A model generated the notes under the pieces. The model had not been told where the DNA came from. It ran no database searches and saw nothing but the letters and a program-made list of their open reading frames with translations. 64,000 bases of DNA from Callorhinchus milii (lineage: Eukaryota): assembly GCF_018977255.1 (NCBI RefSeq), contig NW_024704743.1:28646001-28710000 (forward strand). Reading direction: 5' to 3'. Shown one piece after another: positions 1-12,665 of this stretch (its first letter is position 1; each line of letters opens with the position of its first letter). The translations under genes and the position numbers were made by a program.

Positions 1-521
1 CTGATATCTCATGTTGCTTTGGTCTGTCAGATAGCTCCTTTCCAGGTGTGAGAAGTGACTTATTATTGTGCAGAAAAGGTATTTGGATGCCCCAGAACAA
101 TATTATAGTAGCTTGAGTTTTCTTGTAGCTTCATGGTAACAATAATACAATTCGAGGACCTCACTTCTATCTTGAGTGTACCTTCCTTACATTCTCCTTC
201 ACATTTCCTTTAGCTGGTGTCTTGCACTTCTTCAATGAACTTCCATTGTAGTGGTAAGTGACTCCAGTTCCATAATTGAATGATATGTGCTTGCTTAATT
301 ATAAACTCATACCATTTCCAGTACGTTTATCGTTCAGAAAAACACAGTCACTCCACTTTACAGTATCGCCTGTAAAGTTCTTTGGGATGTCCTCCTGATG
401 TGAAAAGGCGCTGTATCAGATGCAAGGATTATTTCTCAACACTAGGAAAGTATTGTTGCTGCTTTCAGGTGGATCACAGATTACACTTGATATACAACAG
501 TAATCATGAGTTATTCAAATG

Positions 522-898
522 ATAATAATGATAATAATAATCCTTGCATTTGGTATAGCACCTTATCACATCTTCGAGCCGTCTCAAAACGCTTCACAGA
601 ATATACTGTGACTTGACTGTATATTTTGTGGGCGAAACGCAATAGACAATTGCGCACAGCAGTGTGCCACAAACAGTCATGGATTGAAGTGACCAATTTA
701 TTATTATTATTTTTTTGAAGGATTTATTACCCCCAGAAAAGTGATCTTCCAATCGACTAACAACCGGGTTCCTACTTATTGCAAGGTAAACAGAGGCGTG
801 TACTTGTCATAAACTTGTCCAACATGTTGCCTTGCCCAGGAATTGAACCCAGGTCTCTCGTTTGCGAGTGCTCTAACCACTGAGCTACAGAACTCCAC
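522..898 (-). mobile_element. tRNA-derived SINE, family A (tRNA-Ala-like head, (ATT)n tail)
   Basis: A box TAGCTCAGTGG and B box GGTTCAATTCC on the - strand; body and tail shared with many copies in the window. Confidence 0.85.
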
Positions 899-2680
899 AT
901 TGATGAAGGCTCCTTGGACCATTTGATCTCTTCCTTCCATCATAAAGTACATAAAGGTGGTCCTTAAATTAGTAGGGCTTCCTGGCATTTACCCTCTTGG
1001 CAACCAGTTCCAACTGATAATTTCCCAGAATGATGTGTGGAACTATCCTGCTGCTCTAGATGGGCAATTGTGGCAGATTTCAACATGTTTTGAGAAAGAG
1101 ATAACTAGCCTTGCATTCTCTGTTTGTCAAATGTATTACAAAAGGAGATAAACGCATTGAGAAGAAAAAGGGGACAGGAGAAAATTTGAGAAAACTTAAT
1201 GGTACAATGAAGGCTGATTACATTGGATGCAGCTTGTTCTCCATCTTGAGTTAACCCACTAAAGTCCTCATCAGTTTTGCTTCACTTTGCAGCAGAGGAT
1301 GTACCCATTATTTCCACTGTTGCTGCCTGTTGTGGCGAAGTATCAGAATAATGGTTCAGTCAGACTCTTGAGGATACTGCTCATAATTCTGTGTTTTTTG
1401 AAACATGAATACAAATCAGAGACACAAGAAAATACAAAGGCACTTTGCAAAGGACACCTTTCAAATGGCCAGTGGAAAACAATCTGACAGTTATTCAGCA
1501 TAGGTTTCCCAGGTCTGAAATGGTTTTATCTTTGAGACCATTATCTTAAAATTGAAGCATGATACAGAATTTACGAATACTATTGAATTGGAAACATTTC
1601 TATATGATCCTAAATTTTAAGACAACATCCTTGAAGCTAAGGCCATGAGAATTTGGGGTTTTTAGATGTGAATTTTAATTTTTAAATAACACCCTTTTCC
1701 CCACACATTCAAATTAATATACTCACTGTTCTGTTCTTGCTGCTAACGTGATGCTATAATGTAAAATGAAAGAGGAAAAGAATAGGAGACAGTGATATTC
1801 AAGGAAGTGGGTATGAGAGAAAGACGAACCAACGTTTGGATTTAATTTCAATGCTGATGATCAAACATGCAAAAAATTATTTCTATTTACTGTAGTGCAA
1901 GAGATCATGACCAAGATCTGTTCAGTTAGATTAAGACTTGGCTGAATGACCTCACAGTATCGATTGATACCAAAGTCAATAGCACTAGCCAACCTGAAAA
2001 AAAAGTCCTCTGCATGTGTGACATTTCTGAAATGAATTGTATCAGGTTTTGTTTTCTCCGTTGCTGTCACTTTCATTCCAGTTATGCTGGCAATCACCTC
2101 ACTTTGAGGGATTAGACCCAACTTCCACCTTTTTAGACAGCTATAAGTCAAACAGTTCAGATTTGTGATGTGATCCGTGTAGGCAGCATTTTAGATCTTT
2201 ATCGGAGAAACTTCTATCTTACTAAAAAAAATCAAGAACTGTTCACAGTGTTTAATAATGTATTTAGCAAGCCAAAGAACAGGATGGGTAATTTTTAAGG
2301 ACAACATAATTAGACTTTCAAACATCATTTTGGAAGTGAAGTGATATATTTCCCTTAGTAGAATGGACAGGAATATTTATACTTCCCACTCCCAATTGTA
2401 TTGGCCATGGCTGAAATGTGTTCTGTAGCTGCACAACCAACAGCACTCGCAGACCACAGATAACCAGTGTTGTTAATGTTTCAATACGCTCTAATTTTCA
2501 GGTTGTGATAATCGTATGTAAAATAATCACATGTAGAGGGATTTACAGATAACCTTAACTAACCACCTTCCAGTAAAATTGGTCAATCGATTCATGGTTG
2601 TTTGTGTGACATTCACCTACAAATACACAGTTACTACACTTAACAAAAATACTCTGAGACATTTGATAGTTCAAACCTTT

Positions 2681-2732
2681 TGTGTGTGTGTGTGTGTGTG
2701 TGAGAGGGAGAGAGAGAAAGAGAGAGAGAGAG
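2681..2732. repeat. (TG)n(AG)n microsatellite
   Basis: Direct reading. Confidence 0.9.
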
Positions 2733-5446
2733 AACATGATATTTCATCATCTAAATGCAGCATGTAATATTTTGGGTCTTATTTTAGAGACCTCAGCAGT
2801 CAGTGCCTTTAATTTCAACAAACCCTATGTGCTTCACTACTGATAAAAACTAATAGTATCCAGTGGGCAATTCCTGAATATTTATCAAAAACATTTCTGT
2901 TAATCTGTGGCAGGTTTAAAACTCAGCAGTAGTTTCAAACCCCATGTGACTGAAGACTGAATCGCAGAAGGTATAATAATAATAATCCTTGCATTTGATA
3001 TTACACCGCATGTTGTCAAGACATCTCAAAGCGCTTCACAGAAAATACTATGAAGTGAATTTAGTGTTTATCTTGTGTGGAAAACGCCCTACATCCAAGG
3101 ATTTACAGCTGTTTTGCACAAAAGTTTCCTTATACCGCAGGTAAAAATGAGCATTTAGCTTTTATGTCATTGTGGATGAAATCTTCGTCCTCCTGTTCAG
3201 CAATATTGATGATGTGCACAAATGGGGACAGAATAGCGGGTGTAATTAATTACAGGCTGTTTGACCCAGGCCATTACAGAAGCTATTTGCACCAGTGGGA
3301 TGCCATGCGCACTAATGGGGTAAATAACAATTCACCTGGAGGATTGGTAATAAGGACACCTGGAAAAACTTTCTGCTCTTTTTGAATATTATCACAGGAT
3401 CTTTTCAAACCCCAAGAACAGAAAGCTGGGCTTTCAGTTCAGCATCTTACCCAAAAGACAGTACCTCCTGACGAATTCAGCACTGCACTAGAGTGTCACA
3501 CTATGAGCTCAAGTAACACATTGCAATTATATAGCACCTTTCATGTCAGGAGGACATCCCAAGACGCTAGTATGTTATCAGTGTGTATGTGCGTAATTTA
3601 TTACCTTTTTTTTCTGATTCACAGATTATGCTCAAAATGCCTGAGACTCATCTCTCCAGACAACGCCTCAAATTGAAGCCCAGGGACAGTATTGTGCAGT
3701 GAAGTATACCAATTACTTTTCAAAGTATTAAAATGAGATTTTTCTTGTAAATATTTCACAATAGGTTGATTACTGGTGTTGCCCTAAGAAAGTCTGTCCA
3801 ACGACTCTACTTTGTGTAACACAACAGCCGTTTATTGTGATTAAGCCATTGAGTTTACTGTAGCCTAGGCAGAGGGTCATAGGGAGAACAGTGAGTCAGA
3901 GGTGGAAGAGTCAAAAACTGATCATGCAACAACTTCAAAGGAACGATAGAGGTGCAACTATGAGCTTGCTTAGTGGGTTTCAAAGCCATAATATCTTTTG
4001 TGGGGAAGGTCTGTGAAGGCCAACTATGCATAACTAAAATGCTGATTTTAAAAGTTAGGCTGACCCAGTCCATTGGACCTTAACCTTAATGGGGACCAAC
4101 AGGGCTGAAGGCATGATGGGGAATTTCTTTGTAATTCGTAACCATGTACAAGTTCTAAATGTATATACATACAAGGGAAGTGAGACTTTTGTTTCATCAA
4201 AATACTACTTCAGTCTCCTCTGGATGATACCAAAGATGATTATGTGTAGAATTTTTGCATAGGGTACGAAAGGAGGAAACCACATTGAACGGGAGCAATA
4301 AAAGGGCAGGAATCTCTTGCGCTTGCCCTGATCAAACTATTGACCCCATTAGTATTGTGTGTAGAGTTACTGTATTCAAATGAACTTTTTTAAAAAAGAG
4401 ATGAATGACAAAAGGCCCCTAATCGTATCAACCCAGAAACTACAATCACTCTCCAGTATATCCTGTGAAATACTTTGAGATATCCCCCTGACATGACAGG
4501 CTCTATACAAAATGTAAGGATTATTAATATTTTAATTTTTATAAAGTCACTGATCAATACATCTCTATAGTTATTTTTAATAAGGCTACTCTGATCAGCA
4601 TAAGGTCAATATAGATATTTGAGGTTTGGTGCCACTTATCTGTAACAAGACTACTTAACTAATATGTAGCTCATTATTCCCTGGTCACTTGAGATTTCAA
4701 CAAGAAGACAAACCTACTTGTCTGATCATCAAATGTTATCAGAATAAATTCCCTTGTGAGAGGATCTCGCATCATAAGCTTATCTGCAAATTCACATTAT
4801 GTATTATTCGGGAGAGGAGCTGAAACCATGAAAAAAAATGCTCCTCACTGAGTTTAAAATTGAGATGTTCTTTTGGCAGCAGTAAATTGTAGTTACTTTC
4901 ATTTGATAAGTATTTTGACAAACTTATCACTGCTAATATTGATCATACCTGCCCAAACAGAAATGATGTGTGTAAACCATACAAGTGACAATCTTGGTCA
5001 ATGCGGAATATGAGATTGGGTCAGTGAAAGGCAGAAACCTCACAGATCGACATCTTGTAATGTTCTTAATTACAGAGAAACTGGAAAGACAACTGAAAAC
5101 AGAGTGTTTGTGTTACTTTTTTTTCTTGTTGGTTTAAACACCCAAATCAAAACTGATTCTACAGTTAACCACAGTAACTGCCTCCTACATAGTGTCTTCT
5201 GTGAATTTACTAGCTTAATGATTGCAACTGAAAAGATCTAATTGATACTAACAGAGGGGTATTAACATTATTAATTCAGGGGCACTCAACTGTTTATATT
5301 GTTAGTAGAAGTTTCAGCATTTAGTATGCTCCACTGAGTGCTTCAATATTAAAGTAACACTGCTTACATTTGATATAGTGCCTTTCATGTCAGAAGCACA
5401 TCTCAAAGTGCTTCACAGGGTTACTGTAAAGTACAGTGACTGTTTT

Positions 5447-6640
5447 TACAACAACAACTTGCACTTATATAGTGCTCTCCACACAGGGTAGTGTCTCAGA
5501 GCGCTTAACAGTGGCGGAGTCTGGCTCTGAGCTGGTGGGGGGAGGTGGCTGTAAGCACGGTTGAAGAGGAAGGTTTTCAGGCAGGACTTGAAAAAGGGGA
5601 GAGAGGGGATTGAAGGAGAGTGTTCCAGAGTTCTGGGGAGTAGTGGCTGAAAGCACGACCTCCGATAGTGGGGCAGAGGGTGTGAGGGATGAGCAGGAGG
5701 CTGGCGCAAGTCGGGCGGAGGCACCCGGTGGTGGATTGGGGAGTGAGGAGGTCAGAGAGGTGCCAGCTAGTGAAGGAATTTGAACACAAATGTGAGGATC
5801 AGAGCCTGTCCAGAGCTGGTGAGATGCGAGTACGTAGTTTGGTCCATGTAAGTATGTGGGAGGCAGAGTTCTGAATGAGCTGGATTTTTTGAATAGTGGA
5901 GCTAGGGAGACTGGCGAGGAGTGCGTTTGACTAATCCAGGCGGGAGGTGACAAACGCATGCACGAAGGTTTCGGCTGCATTTGGGGTAAGGTACAGTCAG
6001 AATCGGGCAATGTAGCGGAAGTGAAAGAAGGCGGTCCTGGTCAGGGATTGGATGTGCGGGAGGAAGGACAGCTGGGAGTTGAACCAAATGCCTAGATTGC
6101 GCGCTGGTTCAGTGAGAGTGAGGGAGAGCCCAGGGAGGTTGAGGAGTTCAGATCCGCAGGAGTGAAGACGTTGATGGAAGCCCAGGAGTATGGCTTCCAT
6201 CTTGTCCATATTCAGCTGCAGGAAGATTGCACTCATCCAGGCCCTGATGTCTGCCAGACAAGCTGATAGAACATCGAGAGACCTGGAGTTGGTACTGGAG
6301 GAGGCAAAGTAGATTTGTGTGTCATCCGCTTACATGTGGAAGTATACTCCGGGTCTGTGGATGACATCGCCCAGAGGGAGCTTATAGATAAGGAAAAGAA
6401 GAGGGCCAAGGATGGAGCCCTGGGGTAGTCCACAGGTGATCAGGTGGGAGCAGGAGGAGAAACCATTTGCCGAGATGAAATAGAGGCAGTTGGTTAAGTA
6501 GGACTTGAACCATGCAAGTGCAGCCCCACTGAAGTAAATGAGGGAGGCGAGGCAGTGGAGGAGGATGGCGTGGTTGACTGTGTCAAACATGGCAGAGAGA
6601 TCCAGGAGGATGAGGAGGCAGAGGGAGCCCTGGTCACAGA
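5447..6640 (-). mobile_element. L2-clade LINE, 5'-truncated and degenerate (RT region through 3' tail)
   Basis: Frameshifted RT motifs FDTVNHAILL, GLPQGSILGPLLFLIY, ARNLGIWFNSQLSF and GGRAFSHYSPELWN; (TTG)n tail at ~5447. Confidence 0.9.
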
Positions 6641-7307
6641 TAGAGCAGGCGAATGCAGGAGAATATTAATGGGAGTGTTGCTCTATTTGCAGGTAGTTTT
6701 TTNACTTTGAGGCTGCAGATTCCCTTTCTGGCATTATAATAGAGAGAGAGGATCTATCTCAATTCACTGATCCGTGGATTTTGATGGATCGTAAAATGAA
6801 AAACAAACCAATAATAATACAATCACAGAGAGCATTGATGTTTTACCTGTAATTGAAACTGTGTCAAACCAGTGTATCATTTGTTATATCTCTGTTTTTC
6901 TGTAATTTTTTTGTTTCAGGTCCTAAAACTGTAGCTTTATTACTATTTTTAAGAAGGGCTTTTCAAGAACTCGCTACTACAGTATAATATTCCTGCATGA
7001 GTATATATGTCTGTAGCTGAGAGTCTTAACAGCTTTAAAATATCAAGTTGTGAATTCAGGGAGTTCTGACTTTTGGGAAACTTTGGGAAATGCTGGTGCT
7101 GCTCCTGTTCATCAGAGGTACAACATCCAAACCCCAATCATAGCTTTTATAACAGTAGCAATAGGCTATTGTTGCTCCATCAGTTTACAAACTGGCTCCA
7201 TATGTAGTGGTCCACAATTGCAAGATACATTATAGATATATTGGGAATCATTATATGGGAAGAAGAATAAATTCTCATGCAACCTAATCATAACATTTTT
7301 ATCATTT

Positions 7308-7452
7308 AACCTAGAAACTTACAGCACAGAAGGAGGCCATTTGACCCATCATGCCTGTGCCGGCTCTTTGAAAGAGTTATCCACTCAGTCCCACTCCCCT
7401 GCTCTTACCCCATAGCCTTGCAATTTTTTTCTTTTCAAGTATTTATCCAATG
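7308..7452 (-). mobile_element. CR1 3'-terminal fragment
   Basis: Reverse complement of the same CR1 3' end (acagcacagaaggaggccatttgacccatc). Confidence 0.75.
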
Positions 7453-8371
7453 TATTAATTGTACAACCTCTTACATAATTAAATCCATCCTTGTACAGCT
7501 GAATAAATTGTGGAGGAAAGAAAGAACCCAGCTCAAAAGTGTTCAACATTTTAAAATTGTTTGAAACTCAGGGTGCTGCCCCATACCACAGTCTATTTTT
7601 AGCAATTGAAAATAGCAGATTGTACCATAAGCTCTTCCGAAGCAATAGATAACTTGCTGCTGTCGTAGACCAGCAAGCAGCATTTCATGAATTTGCTTCA
7701 GAACATACACTGAGCACAATGATTTATTCCCTAAACTCATACAGCTATGGAATTTGATCCTTCAGGACTGAGTTGGTACAAAATGTGTTGTCCAGTATGA
7801 CTGAGTACTTTGCCTGAGGTTGTTATAATAATACTTTCATTTGATGTACCGCCTTATCACATCATTGCCTCTAAGCACTTCTGAAGATGTACTGTAAAGT
7901 GGTGTGACTGTGTATTGTGATCGAGGGGGATTGGGTGTTTGCAGCTGGCTTGAAGTTTATTTAATGGCATATGCTGTCACTGGAGGAATGGGTGAAACAT
8001 TCCATTGCTTTGTGCTTGTATTGTTATTGTTATCATTACAGTAAATAATAAAAGTTCCTACAAGACATTTGGGTTTCCAAATGCTTCCCTGTGAACTTGC
8101 TTGTCTCTGTTACTATAATTTATCTCTCATTTTGTGTGTGGAAAATCTTGGTCTTGATCTGCTTTTACCTGTGCACAAATCACATGATCAATTTACCACA
8201 AGCCTTTAATATCTAGAACAGGAAATAGCAATGGAATATAGTGGAGGGCAGTGATCATGGCATGTCTGAATGCTCCAGTAAATACAGATAACTGCTGTAA
8301 GGTCTGGATTCAAAATAACAGACTCAGGAGGCGGTAAACGCCTCAATAGGTACCTAAAAAGTAACAATTTT

Positions 8372-8478
8372 TAGGCCTATAGGGTAAGAGCAGGGAATGG
8401 AACTATTTGGTAGCTCTTTCAAAGAGCTAACATAGGCACGATGGGTTGAATGGCCTCCTGTGCTGTAAGATTCTATGA
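8372..8478 (+). mobile_element. CR1 3'-terminal fragment abutting the L2 fragment
   Basis: gtagctctttcaaagagc...gaatggcctcctgtgctgtaagattctatga. Confidence 0.7.
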
Positions 8479-8915
8479 ATTCAAGATCCTCATCCTCACC
8501 TATAAGGCCATTCATGGCCTTGCTCCCTCCTACCTCTCCAACCTACTAGCCCCCTACTTACCTGCCCTTACCCTCCGTTCCTCCGGCTCCGGTCTGCTCC
8601 ACATCCCCCACTCCAACCGCCCTACCATCGGTGGCCGGGCCTTCAGCCTCTCAGCCCCGAGGCTCTGGAACTCTATCCCCCAGTGCATTCGCCGCCTCCT
8701 CCCTTTCCTCCTTCAAGGCCGGTCTCAAGACCTTTCTCTTTGACCGTGCCTTCAGCTCCCCTCTCGACTCTCTTCCCCCTCCTCGCTCCCTCCCTTCCCT
8801 CCCCTCACCCTGACCACTTCCCCCCTGCTCGGGTCCTGACCCAACTGTCCAGCGTCTTGGGACATCCTCCCGATGTGAAAGGTGCTCTACAAATGGAATC
8901 TTGTTGTTGTTGTTG
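8477..8915 (+). mobile_element. L2-clade LINE 3' fragment
   Basis: FKILILTYKAIHGLAPSYLSNLL...LRSS...GGRAFSLSAPRLWNSIP; tail ending in ttgttgttgttg. Confidence 0.88.
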
Positions 8916-9779
8916 CATGAACATAAATGAGCACACAGTTTTAATATACAGTGCTAAGGAGTGTGGTGATTACAGTTTGCAGCTACCTTCTTGTAAACCG
9001 GTTAAAAAAGAAACAGAAGTGGTTCTGAGGCATCGAAGGAAGGAAGTTTTCTTTCAGAACATGCAGATATTTTGAATAGTTATTTTTAGAATGTTTGCTT
9101 GCATTTTAAAGGCAGTACTCGGTAGCTTGTTGCTAATGTTGCTACATTTTGCACCTTTTTAAAAAAAATCTACAAATGGTTTCAGCCGTTTCATGATTTT
9201 AGAGTATGTTGTGAATTGATGTTTCCATTTCTAATACACTGGAGCACCAGTTGTGTGTATGGGCATTGGGCTAAAAGATACTGGGGTGGGGGAATTGGCA
9301 AGAGTGTGAGGTTACTTGGGATGCAACTTAATTGCTCTGGCATCCCAAGAAACATGATGCACATGCACGCAACTTTGGGTACATCAACAACAGGATTTTT
9401 TCCCAATAGCACAAAGTAAGTCTGTAAAAATGAGTCGTTATGTTCTTATATAGTGTAGGGTTAGAGTGAGAGAGAGACTGAGGGGTGGGGGAGGTGTAGA
9501 AAAGGTAGGCAGGGAGAATAGAGCTGTTACACTGAGGTACTACAGTGATGGTCTGATTCCTGATGGAACACTTTTGTGTTATCGCTGTAGCTAATTATCC
9601 ACACTGATTGCTTAAGTGTAATAGGAGAAATCCTAATTCATGTGGATAATGGTCTCTGTACTGTAAAAGGGTCATGGATTATAAGAAGAGATGCGTAGAC
9701 GGGATTTTGGTTGAAAATGAATGTTAATTAGTTGCACAGTGTGGACACAGTAACCCTCAAAAGGGTTAACTCACTTTCC

Positions 9780-9838
9780 TCTCTCCATAGATGCTGCCTG
9801 ACCTGCTAAGTGTTTCCAGTGACTTCTGTTTTTATTAG
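9780..9838 (+). repeat. Short dispersed repeat, possibly a Penelope-like terminal fragment; inverse copy at ~15315-15365
   Basis: tccatagatgctgcctgacctgct.agtg.ttc.ag..acttctgtttt occurs here and reverse-complemented at 15315-15365; the family assignment is tentative. Confidence 0.5.
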
Positions 9839-10373
9839 TACAGTGTGGAATATTCTTTTCACCTGACACTGATCTGATACTTATAATTAACTTGTAGGTT
9901 GGTATGTATTTGAATTCATATTAGATGTTACTCTGCTGAAGAATGAGGAAAAGGTGCTAATCTTTGCTTTTGAAATAGTGCTTTTCACTTTGTGAGTCTC
10001 AAAATGCTGAAAAGTAGATTTGTTGGTGACACAGCAGCCAATTCGTGCACAGCAAAGATATGGCAGTAAAGTTAATAAAGTGGACAAAGCCTTATAAAAC
10101 AATGGTTCCGATCACTAAACACAAGCACTAGGTGAAAGGACCATCTCACCATCCAGATGGAGATTGTGACTATAACAGTAACCCACTGTAGACAATACAC
10201 AGGGGAATTACTTTGAGGGGGTGGGCAACTATTTTTCTTTCAGGTGAAACCCCACACCTTATAGTCAGCTATTCTTAATGTTACTAGGGGAACTAAAACC
10301 TCAAGTCTTCCTTCATATTTTATGCTATTTCTTTTTTTAAAAAAAGATTTTCCTATCTGTCTAACACACAAAG

Positions 10374-12665
10374 AATTAAGTATTTCAAAGACAGTTTATC
10401 CGTAAATGCTTTCTCTAATTTGAGGGTTGTCTTGTTCACTGATGAATATATTTATGGATCAGATCATTGACTAAATAATAATAGTAATAATAATCCTTGC
10501 ATTTGATATAGTGCTTTTCATGCCTTCCAGACGTCTCAAAGTGCTTCACAGAATAGACTGTAAAGTGAATTGACTGTATAATATTTGTGGGCGAAATGCG
10601 GCAGCCAATTGCGTACAGCAGTGTCCCACAAACAGTTGTGGATTGAAATGACCAATTTATTTTGAGGGATTATTATCAGGCTTGTGGAGTAAGGAAACTT
10701 GCCCAAGATTTCACCCTGCCAGGAATTGAACCTAGGACTCTCGCTTGCAAAGCGAGTGCTCTAACCACTGAGATACAGGACTCCACAAATAAATATATTT
10801 CTTATTCTGTCTGCTGTTGAATTTCAATTTTTTTAAGTTGTTAGGTAATGGCTGTGCATTCTACATCGAGAGATGATGTAAGTTACATCACTATTTTCTT
10901 TAGAATTTTTTAAATTTGACGGTATTGTACTTTTTTCCTTTCTGTTTCATATCCATGGCAAAGTTTCTTGCTGCCTTGTATTCTTCCTCTCCTGGTATTC
11001 TCATTGGATTGAAATCAAAATTTACTGTACAATTTTCTATTTTAACTCATTCTTTCTCTACAACTCAAAATTTTACAACTCCATGATCCCACCAGTATTC
11101 CCTTCCTTCTTTCTCAAGCCAGTGGTTTGGCGCAAATCCTATGGCAGGATTTGCTCCTTGGCTATTGTATAATAATAATAATCCTTGCATTTGATATAGT
11201 GCTTTGTCACATCATTGAGAAATCTCAATGCACTTCACAGAATGTACTCTAAAGTGAATTGATGGTTTATTTTGTGGACAAAACATATGTATGCTGTTAA
11301 CAACTGGAGCTAAAATAAGACCAGTGCAAATTATGTTCAATTTAGTAATGTCAAGGTTAGAGATCAGCACACACGTGTGTACTGCAGTATTTACTGTAAT
11401 CGTATGAGAGTATTTACTTAGACCACTAAATCTGTTTGGATTCTGTTTATTGACATATTTTGACTCATCTCTGCAGGCTTACTGGCATTTCCAGGTGTGT
11501 GACCGTTGAGGTTGCACATATCACGACAGTCTAGCGTAAGCTGGAAGGATGGACTTGTGTCGCTGAGAGCCACAAAAGACAAGTGTTAACCCAAATCCAG
11601 GTTACACAGACACAAATCCAGAATGTTAAAGCCACTGATTTACATGTGGTAAATACAAACTCATTCAACTGTCATGGCTCTTTACAACGAATATAGTGTA
11701 TCTGTTTGAGGATGGATGAGAGAAGAATGTTTCATGTCCTTGCGGATTTAGTTTTATTTCAGTTTCAATGTGTCCTGGGAGTCCTGATTCTGAAGACCAT
11801 TCATGCAGTATTGTGCATGGGAGTAACCCAATAATGGAGAACTGAGGCCCCAAATGCCACGTAGTCTAAGCCTTCCACTTTTCTCTTATAATTAAAGGTT
11901 GTGCCAAAGTGTGGAACATTCTTAGCAGTTTTCTTAGCAGTTTTTCCATAAGTCTTATAACAGAAAGGTTTCTAAATTATGAACTTAAAAAAATTCCACA
12001 ATTTTGTGGAGTCTAAAAATATTTTAAGACAGTGGTCTCTTTTTGACTAAGACTTGATGGAATATAGGGGCTCTGGTCTCAAAGTGTACAAATCCAGGCT
12101 TGACTTCCATTCAATTTCACTGCAGTTCCTGGTGGTTAGATCTGGTGATTGTGTTCTATTTTCAACCTGAAATCCAGGCTGGAAATTATTATGATTCTGA
12201 TGCCTGGTTTGAAAGTGATTTGGAACAGGATCACTATTGATAGTGCATACTGCCAATCAAAGGTATCAGTTCTGTACTACAATTAAAAATGATACACTAT
12301 TGGACCACTCAAGTGTCTTAAATTGAACTCTGTTATTCCAAAAAATCACATTTGGGACTGTTACAGCTGAGAAAGGAGCTATAATGATAACTGAGTTTTC
12401 AACTGTTGTGCTTATGGAATGTTTTTTAACAAAACACTTATTGGCTTCAAAATGTGTACTTTGAAGAGACAGTTGTTGATATTTGTTGGGATTTTTGTCT
12501 GACGGACAATGTATCTTTTAGTCTTTTGCAGATGTGAAATTGGCTGAAGAAAGAATATGGGAAGTACCATTTCACAGAAATGATCTCAGCAGCACCAGCA
12601 AAGAGGAGTGAACTGAGCTTCCAACTTCAGTGTAAAATGAATCCACCTGAAGACAATATAATTAT
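10374..12665 (+). pseudogene. DUSP22: Non-processed DUSP22-like dual-specificity phosphatase pseudogene; three recognisable exons: 10374-10441, 11477-11648, 12532-~12665
   Basis: Conceptual translations IKYFKDS/FIRKCFL*FEGCLVH, LTGISRCVTVEVAHITTV/SVSWKDGLVSLRAT/VNPNPGY/QTQIQNVKATDLHV and M*NWLKKEYG align with DUSP22 TRHFKESIKFIHECRLRGESCLVHC, LAGVSRSVTLVIAYIMTVTDFGWEDALHTVRAGRSCANPNVGFQRQLQEFEKHEVHQ and YRQWLKEEYG; order, strand and intron positions match; multiple disabling lesions. Confidence 0.85.
10475..10786 (-). mobile_element. SINE family A, ~33 bp downstream of the first DUSP22 pseudo-exon
   Basis: Same head, body and tail as 522-898. Confidence 0.85.

Noticed and set aside
469..4755. 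Possible remnants of earlier DUSP22 exons (e.g. ~469-499, ~4705-4755)
   Set aside because: Similarity too weak to separate from chance by eye
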